Shown here: positions 37,555 through 46,537 of the stretch, piece after piece
Layout: each line of letters starts with the position of its first letter
Position numbering within the stretch: the stretch's first letter is position 1
Origin: Candidatus Marinacidobacterium sp.
Lineage (GTDB): Bacteria; Acidobacteriota; Vicinamibacteria; Marinacidobacterales; Marinacidobacteraceae
Reading direction: 5' to 3'
Assembly (NCBI GenBank): GCA_965223075.1
Contig: OZ244986.1
Coordinates: 1,795,591 to 1,859,590 of the forward strand
DNA: 64,000 bases
Program-made: the position numbers and the translations under genes
Notes under the pieces: generated by a model
Told to the model about the DNA's origin: nothing
Seen by the model: the letters and a program-made list of their open reading frames with translations, nothing else
The model's database searches: none

Positions 37555-38598
37555 TCAGCGGGCAAGCTGCCCGAGAGAGGGGCCCAAGGGAGGCCGGGCG
37601 ATGCCGCGCTCGGTGACGATTGCGGTGATGTAGCGGGCGGGAGTGACATCGAAGGCCGGGTTCCAGACCGGGACGCCCTCGGGCGCCACCCGCTCCCCGG
37701 CAATCTCGACGAGTTCCTCCGGACCACGCTCTTCAATGGGGATGTCCGCCCCGGTGGGCGTTTTCAGATCCACGCTCGAAAAGGGCGCCGCCACCAGGAA
37801 CGGGACGTCGTGTTCCTTCGCGAGCACGGCAGCCTGATAGGTGCCGATCTTGTTGGCGATGTCGCCATTCGCGGCGATCCGGTCGGCGCCCACGACGACC
37901 GCGTCGACCCCTCCCCTGGCGAGCAGGGCGCCGACCATCCCGTCGGTGATCAGAGTCACCGGAATCTTCTCGGCCATCAGTTCCCAGGCGGTGAGGCGAG
38001 CGCCCTGAAGGTACGGCCGGGTCTCGGGTGCGAAGACCTCGACCCGGCGGCCCGATTCCACCGCCGCGCGGACGATCCCGAGCGCGGTGCCGTAACCCGA
38101 AGTGGCAAGGCTGCCTGCGTTGCAATGGGTCAGGACGCGGGCCGGCCCGCCGCCGGGGGGCAACAGGCCGGCGCCGAGCGCGCCGAGACGGCGGTTCGCG
38201 TCCAGATCCTCCGCGGCGATCCGGTTCGCCTCGTCCTCGAGGCCGGCGACGAGTTCAGCGGGCGCCTGTGACAGTGCCGAATCCAGCCGAGCCCGCATCC
38301 GATCGAGCGCGGCCCGGAGATTGACCGCAGTCGGCCGGGTGTTCAGGAGCTCGGCCGCCAGGCCGTCGAACCGGTTCGCCGCAGGGTCGGTGTCAGGACC
38401 GCGGGCGAACCCGAGGACCACCGCGTAGGCGGCAGCAACCCCGATCGCCGGAGCGCCGCGAACGACCATGTCGCGGATGGCCTCTCCAACCTGGCCGGGT
38501 TCGGCGCACTCGATCCAGACCTCTTGCGAGGGGAGCCGGCGCTGGTCCAGCAGAGCGAGGACGCGGCGCTCGGAGTCCCACCGGAACGGACGGACCAT
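37555..38598 (-). CDS. mtnA: S-methyl-5-thioribose-1-phosphate isomerase
   Basis: eIF2B-like fold with mtnA motifs (THCNAGSLAT, GADRIAANGDIANKIGTY). Confidence 0.8.
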   Translation of the reverse strand: MVRPFRWDSERRVLALLDQRRLPSQEVWIECAEPGQVGEAIRDMVVRGAPAIGVAAAYAVVLGFARGPDTDPAANRFDGLAAELLNTRPTAVNLRAALDRMRARLDSALSQAPAELVAGLEDEANRIAAEDLDANRRLGALGAGLLPPGGGPARVLTHCNAGSLATSGYGTALGIVRAAVESGRRVEVFAPETRPYLQGARLTAWELMAEKIPVTLITDGMVGALLARGGVDAVVVGADRIAANGDIANKIGTYQAAVLAKEHDVPFLVAAPFSSVDLKTPTGADIPIEERGPEELVEIAGERVAPEGVPVWNPAFDVTPARYITAIVTERGIARPPLGPSLGQLAR

Positions 38599-38599
38599 C

Positions 38600-39260
38600 C
38601 GAGCACCCTAGCAGCCGGTAGTGAAACCCAGGCGGCCCAGTTGCTGTGAAAATGCCGTCGCGCTGGGACGCCGACAACCCGGATGGCGCGCAGGCAAGGG
38701 AACGCCGACCTCCGGTCGGCACAGCGGCCCGCAGGGCCGCGGGCGGTTCATTGCCGTCCGCCTTCACGGGGCGCAGGCATGGGGCCCGCAGCGCTGCGAA
38801 GGTGTCTGCCATTCCAATGTACGGATCACGCCGAACGCTGGGATTCCCGCCGAGAAGGAACCACCTCGGAACTGGGGGTCCTTCCCGCCGCCCGCCTTCG
38901 GCGGGCTGTGCCGACCGGAGGTCTATACCTTTCCGGGCATCACTTTTTCATGGGGCAGACAGCTTGCGAACGAATGGCGCCGGAGGGGGTGCGTTGGGGC
39001 GCGGCCGGTAGCCGGGGGGCGGCGTCAAGAGGAGGAAGGCGGCGCAGGTTCCGAGCTGGCCGAACCTCATCTGGGCTGGTGTCGATTCCCCGAGGGGCAA
39101 GCCCATTTTTCCTGCTTCCGGCCATGAAACTGCTCCCCGCCCATCCGCGGCGGCGAAGGCACCCGGAGGGCCGGAGCGCAGCGGAGGAGGCGCGCCGCGC
39201 CTTGCCTTCGTCGCCGTGGATGGGCACGATGCTCTCCTCCTGCCGGAACCCTCTGTGCCA
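38600..39260. repeat. REP-like region including composite element copy B (38690-38940)
   Basis: ~90% identical to 3700-3990 over ~230 bp. The right arm is degenerated. Confidence 0.65.
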
Positions 39261-39309
39261 ATGTAGGTGAGACCATTTGCCCGTCTCCTATTAGTGAGGG
39301 TGAGAAGGA

Positions 39310-39801
39310 TTGGAGTTGGTGATGAGAACGAACGCGCCAAGGGGTTTGACCGCGTCGTCGGCCACGGAGCGAGCCCGGAGGGCGAGCGCAGAGGCCGACG
39401 ACGCGGTCGCGATCTTGCCGGAACCCCAGGTGGTGGCGACGCCGAAGCGCCGCCGGTTCACCGCCGAATACAAGCGCCGGATCCTGGAGGCGGCCGACGC
39501 GTCGCGCGAACCGGGGCAAATCGGCGCCCTCCTGCGCCGGGAGGGGCTGTATTCCGCCCTTCTCAGCAAATGGCGTGCGCAGCGTGACCGGGGGGTCCTC
39601 AACGCCCTCGCACCCAGAAGGCGGGGACGCAAGCCCGTGCACCGCACTGCGGACCAGGTTCGCATCGCCGAACTGGAACGCGAGAACGAAACCCTCCGCG
39701 GTCAGTTGCAGCAGGCCGAGCTGATCATCGATGTCCAAAAAAAAGTCGCGAGTCTGCTGGGCGTGAAACCCCCGGACGGGAAGCACGAGCCCAACTCATG
39801 A
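39310..39801 (+). CDS. IS3-family transposase OrfA (HTH)
   Basis: HTH/leucine-zipper protein (RRFTAEYKRRILEAAD..., ELERENETLRGQLQQAELI). Its stop overlaps the orfB ATG. Confidence 0.75.
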   Translation: MELVMRTNAPRGLTASSATERARRASAEADDAVAILPEPQVVATPKRRRFTAEYKRRILEAADASREPGQIGALLRREGLYSALLSKWRAQRDRGVLNALAPRRRGRKPVHRTADQVRIAELERENETLRGQLQQAELIIDVQKKVASLLGVKPPDGKHEPNS

Positions 39802-40811
39802 GCGCCGTGGAATCGCTCTCCGGGTCCGTGGGTGTCCGTCGCGCCTGCGAACTCCTCGGCGTGAGCCGCGCCAGTTGGTACCGCGCTCGTCAGAGCCGAT
39901 CCACAGCCCGCGCTCGCCCACGACCGCCGCTCGCGCTCCGCCCTCACGAGCAGGAGAAAGCCCTGGCCGTGCTTCACGCGGAACGCTTTGTGGACCAGGC
40001 GCCGCGCGCCATCTATGCGACCTTGCTCGAAGAAGGGCGTTACCTCGCCTCGGTGCGCACCCTTTACCGGTTGTTGGCCTCGCGGGGCGAGGTGCGGGAG
40101 CGGCGGGCACAGCGCCGACATCCCAACTACTCCCGGCCGGAACTGCTCGCGACCGCCCCCAATCAACTCTGGTCCTGGGACATCACCCGGCTGAAGGGTC
40201 CCGTGAAGTGGACCTATTTCCACCTGTATGTGATCCTGGATGTCTTCAGCCGCTGCGTCGTCGGCTGGATGGTCGCTCACCGGGAGTCGTCACGGTTGGC
40301 CGAGCGGCTCATCCAGCACTCCTGCGAAAGCCACGGCATCCGCCCCGGACAACTGACCCTGCACGCCGACCGCGGCTCCTCGATGAAATCCAAGCCGGTC
40401 GCGCTGCTGCTGGCCGATCTCGGGGTCACCAAGACCCACGCGCGCCCCCACGTCTCCGACGACAACCCCTTCTCGGAGGCCCAGTTCAAGACCTTGAAAT
40501 ACCGACCGGACTTCCCCGACCGGTTCGGATCCATCGAAGACGCCCGTGCTCACTGCGAAGCCTTCTTCCATTGGTACAACCACGAACACCGACACTCCGG
40601 TATCGCCCTGTTCACTCCCGCCGACGTGCACCGCGGCCTCGTAGCGCTGCGTCTCCAGACCCGACAGGCCACCCTCGATGAAGCTTTCAGAGCACATCCC
40701 AACCGATTCAAGGGCAACCCGCCGGTCGCCCACCGGCCCCCCCACACCGTCTGGATCAACCGGCCAGCCTCCGAGTCCAACACGCCACACAACCACCCCG
40801 TTGCCCCCTAA
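39798..40811 (+). CDS. IS3-family transposase OrfB (DDE integrase)
   Basis: rve integrase core: WSWDITRL, HADRGSSMKS and FHWYNHEHRHSGIALFTP. Confidence 0.85.
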   Translation: MSAVESLSGSVGVRRACELLGVSRASWYRARQSRSTARARPRPPLALRPHEQEKALAVLHAERFVDQAPRAIYATLLEEGRYLASVRTLYRLLASRGEVRERRAQRRHPNYSRPELLATAPNQLWSWDITRLKGPVKWTYFHLYVILDVFSRCVVGWMVAHRESSRLAERLIQHSCESHGIRPGQLTLHADRGSSMKSKPVALLLADLGVTKTHARPHVSDDNPFSEAQFKTLKYRPDFPDRFGSIEDARAHCEAFFHWYNHEHRHSGIALFTPADVHRGLVALRLQTRQATLDEAFRAHPNRFKGNPPVAHRPPHTVWINRPASESNTPHNHPVAP

Positions 40812-41127
40812 ATGCAAACCAAAGTGGTCTCACAGTCATTGACACCTTCCGGAAGCAGGAAAACCACGTTTCCTTTTTTTCTGGGCCCTCCGGTGTGAGA
40901 GGCACCGAAGGGCCCTACCTCACCAACCTGTTAGCCGACCCGCCGGGAGCAACCAACCGGAGGCGCGTGTCTTGAACACCTACGCCGGACTGTGCCTCGA
41001 CGGGTCATTGGCCGTGATCGACGCACAGTAGAAGGGCAGCGCCATCGAGCAGCCAGTATAGGCCCACGCGGACATCACGGCGGCTGACTTCCCCACGAGG
41101 GACTCCCCTCGGAAGGACAACAGCGCC

Positions 41128-42375
41128 ATGACACCTCCTTTTCTTTTTTTCGTCGGCATCGATTGGGGCTCGACGACCCACCATGCATGCCTGCTGGACG
41201 CGCACGGTTCGGTTCGCGGCAGCCGGGCCTTTCCCCACGGGGGCGCGGGCCAGGCGGAGCTCGTCCGCTGGCTCCTGGAGGAGACCGGCGCCGCCCCCGG
41301 GCAGATCGCGGTCGCCATCGAGACGCCCCACGGCCCCGTCGTCGAAGGGCTGCTCCTCGCCGGTTTTGCGGTCTTCGCCATCGGTCCCGCCCAGATCCGC
41401 GGCTCCCGCCGCCGCTACGTCTCCTCCGGGGCCAAGGACGACCCCCGCGATGCCTGGATGCTCGGTCGCGCCCTGCGCGCCGACCCCGACCTCTTCCGAC
41501 GGCTCCACCTGGAGGAGTCTCTCGTCCTCCAGCTGCGGGAACGCACCCGCACCGTCAACGAGTTGACTTGCCAGCGCACCCGCCTCTGCCACCAGATCCG
41601 ACAGCAGCTCTGGCGCTATTACCCCCAACTCCTCGCCATCCCCGACCTCCTCAACCAACTCACCCACCCCTGGTTCGTCGAACTCTGGAACAAGGCCAAA
41701 ACCCCCGCACGGGCCCTCAAGCTGCGCCTCTCCACCCTCGCCAAACTCCTCAAAAAGCACGGCATCCGCCGACTGAACGCGAAAAGCCTGCGGGAGATCC
41801 TGCGCGCGTCCGCGCTCTCCGTCGCCCCCGGAACCGCCGAGGCCGCCTGCCGAGCCCTCCAGGGCCTCTTCGCCCAGGCACACACCACCAACCAACTCCT
41901 CGCCCAGGCACGTCAAGACATCCGCGAACTGCTGAAGGCGTTCTCCCAGAACCACGCCGACGACCAACGCCCCGACGACCCCACCATCCTCCTCTCCCTG
42001 CCCGGAGTCGGGGTCTACGTCCTCAGCACTCTCTTCGCCGAAGCCTTCGCCCTGCTCCAACGCCGCGACTACCCCGCACTCCGCGCCCGCTCCGGAGTCG
42101 CCCCCGTCAGCATCCAGTCCGGCAACACCCGCTGGGAGATCCGCCGCCTCGCCGTCCAGCACGAACTCAGAAACGCCCTCTATCACTGGGCCCGCGTCGC
42201 CGCCCAACACGACCCCCTCAGCAAGGCCCGCTACCGCGCCCTCCGCGCCCGCGGCTTCTCCCACGGCCGTGCCCTCCGCACCGTCGGCGACCGGCTCCTC
42301 GCCGTCGCCTGCGCCATGCTCAAAAACGGCACCCTCTACGACCCCAAGCTCTCCCGAGACAAGCTCGCCGCCTGA
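41128..42375 (+). CDS. IS110-family transposase
   Basis: N-terminal DEDD domain (FVGIDWGSTTHHACLLD) and C-terminal Transposase_20 HhH (LLSLPGVGVYVLSTLFAE). The IS ends are not definable by eye. Confidence 0.8.
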   Translation: MTPPFLFFVGIDWGSTTHHACLLDAHGSVRGSRAFPHGGAGQAELVRWLLEETGAAPGQIAVAIETPHGPVVEGLLLAGFAVFAIGPAQIRGSRRRYVSSGAKDDPRDAWMLGRALRADPDLFRRLHLEESLVLQLRERTRTVNELTCQRTRLCHQIRQQLWRYYPQLLAIPDLLNQLTHPWFVELWNKAKTPARALKLRLSTLAKLLKKHGIRRLNAKSLREILRASALSVAPGTAEAACRALQGLFAQAHTTNQLLAQARQDIRELLKAFSQNHADDQRPDDPTILLSLPGVGVYVLSTLFAEAFALLQRRDYPALRARSGVAPVSIQSGNTRWEIRRLAVQHELRNALYHWARVAAQHDPLSKARYRALRARGFSHGRALRTVGDRLLAVACAMLKNGTLYDPKLSRDKLAA

Positions 42376-42804
42376 ACAACTCCTCCAACCAAAAAAGGAG
42401 CTTCAGAGGGAGCCGGTGGAACGTGTGGGAAACGCGCTCCTCTCCGCCGCGGACGGCGAACAACCGCCGACGCGGCGCCGCGTTTCCCAACGCCCGGGGA
42501 GATCGCTCCCCCTCCCACCAGTCTCCGAAACCCCCAACCACCTCGCATCCCGATCTCCCCGGGACGGCACTTTCCAACCGCTACCAGGCACCGGCCCGCA
42601 GCCCCCCTTTACCCCCTTGACAAAAGGTAGAAGGTCCGGCGTTCCCTTGCCTGCGCGTCGCTCCGTCTGGTGGCTTGGGAGCCATGCGCCATGTTCAGTG
42701 TCCGCGTGGCGCCTCCTGCGACTCGGCGAGCGCTCCCGAGTATGAAAAATGCGGGCTAGCAGTCCACCGGGAGGACTGGCCGGCGTTCCCAATGAGTTCG
42801 ATCG

Positions 42805-42836
42805 GCGCGGACCGGGCAGAAGAGCCCGGTCCGCGC
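42805..42836 (-). terminator. Hairpin (13-bp stem, 6-nt loop) downstream of atpE
   Basis: GCGCGGACCGGGC-agaaga-GCCCGGTCCGCGC lies 10 nt after the atpE stop. No U-tract follows, which is common in high-GC genomes. Confidence 0.4.
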
Positions 42837-42845
42837 CAACCGGAC

Positions 42846-43169
42846 TCAGGTGTTCCAGCGGACGAAGAAGATGATGAGCGCGGTGACGAAGGCGTAGATG
42901 ACGAGCGACTCGATCAGCACGAGGCCGAGGAGCAGCGAGAACCGGATCTGCGCGGCGGCGCCGGGGTTTCGGGCGAGGGCCTCACAGGCGCCGGCAACCG
43001 CGCGTCCCTGGGCCGTGGCGCCAAAGGCGGCAGCGATGGCGATCGCCCCGGCCGCCGAAATCAGCGCCCACTGGCTCACCACCGGATCCCAGGTCCCTTG
43101 GGCGAAGACCGGGGAAGCGGCGAGAACGCCGAAGACGGCCAGCAGGGTTGTCCGAGACTTGTTGGACAC
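42846..43169 (-). CDS. atpE: F0F1 ATP synthase subunit c
   Basis: Two-helix hairpin with the conserved carboxylate in LIESLVIYAF and a Gly-rich helix 1. Confidence 0.8.
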   Translation of the reverse strand: MSNKSRTTLLAVFGVLAASPVFAQGTWDPVVSQWALISAAGAIAIAAAFGATAQGRAVAGACEALARNPGAAAQIRFSLLLGLVLIESLVIYAFVTALIIFFVRWNT

Positions 43170-43194
43170 GGTTGTTTTCTCCTTGGTCTGGGAA

Positions 43195-43884
43195 TCAATG
43201 TTCCTCGGCGGCGACCGCGCCGCCGAGGTAGATGACGGTGAGCATGGTGAACACGAACGCCTGGAGGGTGCTCCCGAAGACCCCGAAGGCCATCATCGGG
43301 ACCGGCACCACGAACGGGATCAGGAAGGCGAACACGATGACCACCAGCTCTTCGCCGAAGATGTTGCCGAAGAGCCGGACCGAGAGCGACAGGATGCGGC
43401 TCAGATGGCTGATGATCTCGATCGGCAGCATCAACACGGCGAGATACGGGCTCGGGCCGAGGAAGTGTGCGAAGTACTTCCTCGCGCCGTGCGCCCGGAT
43501 GCCCTGGAAGTTGTAGTAGAAAAAGGCCACCAGCGCGCAGCCCACCGGCATGTTGATGCTGACCGTGGGGGAAGAGAAATACGGCACCAGCCCGAACAGG
43601 TTGCTCACCAGGATGAAGAGAGCGAGGGTGCCGACGAGACCCAGGAAGGGGCGTCCCTTCGCTCCCACATTGTCCCGGAGCAGCGAGAGCAGCCCGCCGA
43701 CCAGCCCTTCGAGGAGCAGTTGGAGCCGGCCGGGGTTTTCGACCGAGATCCGGCGGCGGAAGAAGATCGCGAAGCCGGAGAGAACGACCGCCACGAACAC
43801 CGCCATCACCACATGGTCGGGCGGATGGGCATGGAACCACTCCTCGATCCAGTGGGTGAGGGCTGAGGAATGGTGGATTTCCAT
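43195..43884 (-). CDS. atpB: F0F1 ATP synthase subunit a
   Basis: 229 aa with 5-6 TM helices and the conserved Arg context (LSVRLFGNIFGEELV). Confidence 0.8.
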   Translation of the reverse strand: MEIHHSSALTHWIEEWFHAHPPDHVVMAVFVAVVLSGFAIFFRRRISVENPGRLQLLLEGLVGGLLSLLRDNVGAKGRPFLGLVGTLALFILVSNLFGLVPYFSSPTVSINMPVGCALVAFFYYNFQGIRAHGARKYFAHFLGPSPYLAVLMLPIEIISHLSRILSLSVRLFGNIFGEELVVIVFAFLIPFVVPVPMMAFGVFGSTLQAFVFTMLTVIYLGGAVAAEEH

Positions 43885-43923
43885 GGTCGCGCGAAGAATG
43901 GGGGCCGAAAGAAAGAGGAACGG

Positions 43924-44376
43924 TCAGCGGGCGTCGGATGGGGGCTCCTCCCTGCCCTCCGGTCGATCCGGTGGAGGAAGGGGTGCCGGTGTACGAAGGG
44001 CCGCGAAGCCCCCGCTTCCAAGCTCCAGCAGGACGGCCAGCAGCGGCGCGCCCAACCCGCACACGACGCCGATCACGTCGGCGTTCCAGAGCGCAATTAT
44101 CGCAAACAGCGCCCCCCCGAGCAAGATGTAGCGAACCCCGGTGAGCGCCGCGAGCGCGATTGCCGAGCGGGCCGAAGCGGCGGCGGTCAGGCCCGCAACC
44201 GTCCGGCGGAGGACGACGATGTTCAGGACCGAGACCGTCGCTCCGCCGAGCACCGAGAGTCCGATCCGGGGACCGAAACTCAGTCCGATCAGTCCGGCGG
44301 CGGCTCCGAAGGCGAGAGCCCGGCGGGTCAGCCGCACCTCGCGGGTGCCATCAGGCGGTGTTTCCGACTCCGTCAT
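43924..44376 (-). CDS. atpI: ATP synthase protein I-like membrane protein
   Basis: Small 4-TM protein immediately upstream of atpB. Confidence 0.5.
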   Translation of the reverse strand: MTESETPPDGTREVRLTRRALAFGAAAGLIGLSFGPRIGLSVLGGATVSVLNIVVLRRTVAGLTAAASARSAIALAALTGVRYILLGGALFAIIALWNADVIGVVCGLGAPLLAVLLELGSGGFAALRTPAPLPPPDRPEGREEPPSDAR

Positions 44377-44648
44377 GAGTCCTCGCTCCCGGGGTCTTTA
44401 CCCGGCGGGTCATCCCCCGCGACTGCCGAAGCGGCGTGGATCACGTTCCGGAGCCCGGCGACGATTCCGAAGCCGAGGAAAACCAGGAAGAGCCAGGGCG
44501 CGGTCCCCAGCCAGCGGTCCGCCAGCCAGCCGGCGGCGGCGCCGATCACGATGGCCATCGGCACCGAAAAGCCGAGGCTGAGGAGAGTCAGCATTCGGGC
44601 GCGCGGCGCGACTTGCGGAGCGCGTGGGGGCTCGCCGGTCACCGGCAA
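44373..44648 (-). CDS. AtpZ/AtpR-like small membrane protein of the F0F1 operon (start may be at 44594)
   Basis: Two-TM protein (LGFSVPMAIVIGAAAGWLADRWLG). ATGA overlap with atpI. Confidence 0.5.
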   Translation of the reverse strand: MPVTGEPPRAPQVAPRARMLTLLSLGFSVPMAIVIGAAAGWLADRWLGTAPWLFLVFLGFGIVAGLRNVIHAASAVAGDDPPGKDPGSEDS

Positions 44649-44684
44649 CGCTCCGCCGCCAGCGGGGGGCGGAGTGCGGCGTTC

Positions 44685-46283
44685 TCAGTCGTCGCTGGGG
44701 ATGGGAGGCGCGCTATCGAGGCCGCTGTCGAGCTCCAGCAACTCCGCCGGCAGCGGCGGAGCTTCGGCCGTCTGCGCGCTGTCTGGAGAGACCCGCTCCA
44801 CGATGGCCGCCACCGGAACCGCGAGCTTCTCGAGGAACGGCTTGGGATAGACCCCGATGAAGATGCAGAGTACGACGATCGGCAGGAGCGTCGCGTTCTC
44901 GCGGCTGGTCACATCGGCGAGGGAGCGGTTCTCGTCCTTGTCCAGCTTGCCGAACATCACCCGCTGGTAGAGCCAGAGCAGGTAGGCGGCGCCGAGGACG
45001 ATTCCGGAAACGGCGAACGCCGCGTACACCCAATCCACCTGGAAGATGCCCTGGAGGATCAGGAACTCGCCGATGAAGCCGTTGAGCATGGGCAGTCCCA
45101 TGGAGGCGAGCGCGATGATGAGGAAGAGCGCCGCGTACTTCGGCACCACCTTGGCGATCCCGCCGTAGGCGGCGATCTCGCGCGTGTGGCGCTGCTCGTA
45201 CATGATGCCGACGAGCAGGAAGAGTCCCCCGGTGGACAACCCGTGGTTGATCATCTGGAGGATGCCGCCCTCGAGACCCAGGTTGTTCAGCGCGAAGATG
45301 CCGAGCATCACGAAGCCGAGGTGGCTCACCGAGCTGTAGGCGACGAGGCTCTTCCAGTCCTTCTGGGCCAGCGCCACGAGCGCCCCGTAGATGATTCCGA
45401 TGATGGCGAGGGTGGCCACCCACCACACCGCCTCCCGGCTCGCCTCGGGCAGGAGCGGGATCGAGAAACGGACGAATCCGTAGGTGCCCATCTTCAGCAG
45501 GACGCCCGCCAGAATCACCGAACCGGCGGTGGGTGCCTCGACGTGGGCATCCGGCAGCCAGGTGTGGAAGGGGAACATCGGGACCTTGATGGCGAACCCG
45601 ACGAAGAAGGCGAGGAACACCCAGAACTGGAGACCCGAGGCGTACGAGGTGTCCATCAGCCGGAGCAGGTCGAAGGTGTATTCCCCGGTCGCCCCGAAGT
45701 GGGCGAAGTAGAGCGCCAGGATGCCGAGCAGCATCAGCACGCTGCCCACCAGGGTGTAGAGGAAGAACTTGATGGCCGCGTAGAGCTTCCTCGGCCCACC
45801 CCAGACGCCGATCAGGAAGTACATCGGGACCAGCATCACTTCCCAGAACACGTAGAACAGGAAGAAGTCGAGCGAGACGAAGACGCCGAGCATGCCGGTC
45901 TGGAGCAGCAGCAGGAAGATGTAGTACTGCTTGACGCGCTCGGTGATGCCTTTCCAGGAGGACAGGATGGCGATGAAACCGAGCAGCGTGGTCATCAGGA
46001 CCAGCAGCAGGCTGATCCCGTCCAGGCCAAGGTTGTATTCGACCCCGATGCTCGGGATCCACTCGTAGCGTTCCCCGAACTGGAACTGCGGCCCGGCGGC
46101 GTCGAAGGCGAACCAGAGCGGCAGCGAGATCAGGAACCCGATGAGCGCGGCGCCGTTGGCGATCCAGCGGACGCGGTCGTCTTCGTTCTTCTTGACGAAG
46201 AACAGGATGAAGAGCGCCGCAATCGCCGGAAAGAAGACCACCAGCGAGAGGATCGGGAAGTTGAAGGGGTTGTTCTCGAACAT
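44685..46283 (-). CDS. nuoM: NADH-quinone oxidoreductase subunit M
   Basis: WLPDAHVEAPTAGSVILAGVLLKMGTYGF is the NuoM/ND4 signature. Confidence 0.85.
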   Translation of the reverse strand: MFENNPFNFPILSLVVFFPAIAALFILFFVKKNEDDRVRWIANGAALIGFLISLPLWFAFDAAGPQFQFGERYEWIPSIGVEYNLGLDGISLLLVLMTTLLGFIAILSSWKGITERVKQYYIFLLLLQTGMLGVFVSLDFFLFYVFWEVMLVPMYFLIGVWGGPRKLYAAIKFFLYTLVGSVLMLLGILALYFAHFGATGEYTFDLLRLMDTSYASGLQFWVFLAFFVGFAIKVPMFPFHTWLPDAHVEAPTAGSVILAGVLLKMGTYGFVRFSIPLLPEASREAVWWVATLAIIGIIYGALVALAQKDWKSLVAYSSVSHLGFVMLGIFALNNLGLEGGILQMINHGLSTGGLFLLVGIMYEQRHTREIAAYGGIAKVVPKYAALFLIIALASMGLPMLNGFIGEFLILQGIFQVDWVYAAFAVSGIVLGAAYLLWLYQRVMFGKLDKDENRSLADVTSRENATLLPIVVLCIFIGVYPKPFLEKLAVPVAAIVERVSPDSAQTAEAPPLPAELLELDSGLDSAPPIPSDD

Positions 46284-46410
46284 TCGGCTTATCCGGAGCT
46301 AGCGGGCACGCATCCGCCAGTGGTGAAACTCTGAAGACGCCCACTCGCGGCGCAAAGCGCCGCGGGGGGAGGGGTGCGGGGAGGGGGTTTCCCCTTCCCC
46401 GCGAAAGACG

Positions 46411-46441
46411 GTGGATGGATTCGCTCTGCGAATCCATCCAC
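46411..46441 (-). other. Perfect 14-bp-stem hairpin in the nuoL-nuoM intercistronic spacer
   Basis: GTGGATGGATTCGC-tct-GCGAATCCATCCAC, adjacent to a G-rich tract (46350-46400). Confidence 0.6.
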
Positions 46442-46537
46442 CAACCCGTGGGGAAAGTGTCCCGCCCGTACCCGATCCGCCACCTTCGTGGCGCGGGATA
46501 TCACACGGGTCGGGCGGGGCGCTTTCACCACGGACTG

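Larger units (their letters stand above)
39268..40832 (+). mobile_element. IS3-family insertion sequence (boundaries approximate)
   Basis: Imperfect terminal IRs TGAGACCATTTG (39268-39279) and CAAAGTGGTCTCA (40820-40832) enclose orfA and orfB. Confidence 0.6.

Noticed and set aside
38598-38700. SAM or other riboswitch upstream of mtnA
   Set aside because: The leader is occupied by REP modules and shows no recognisable SAM-I/II conserved nucleotides.
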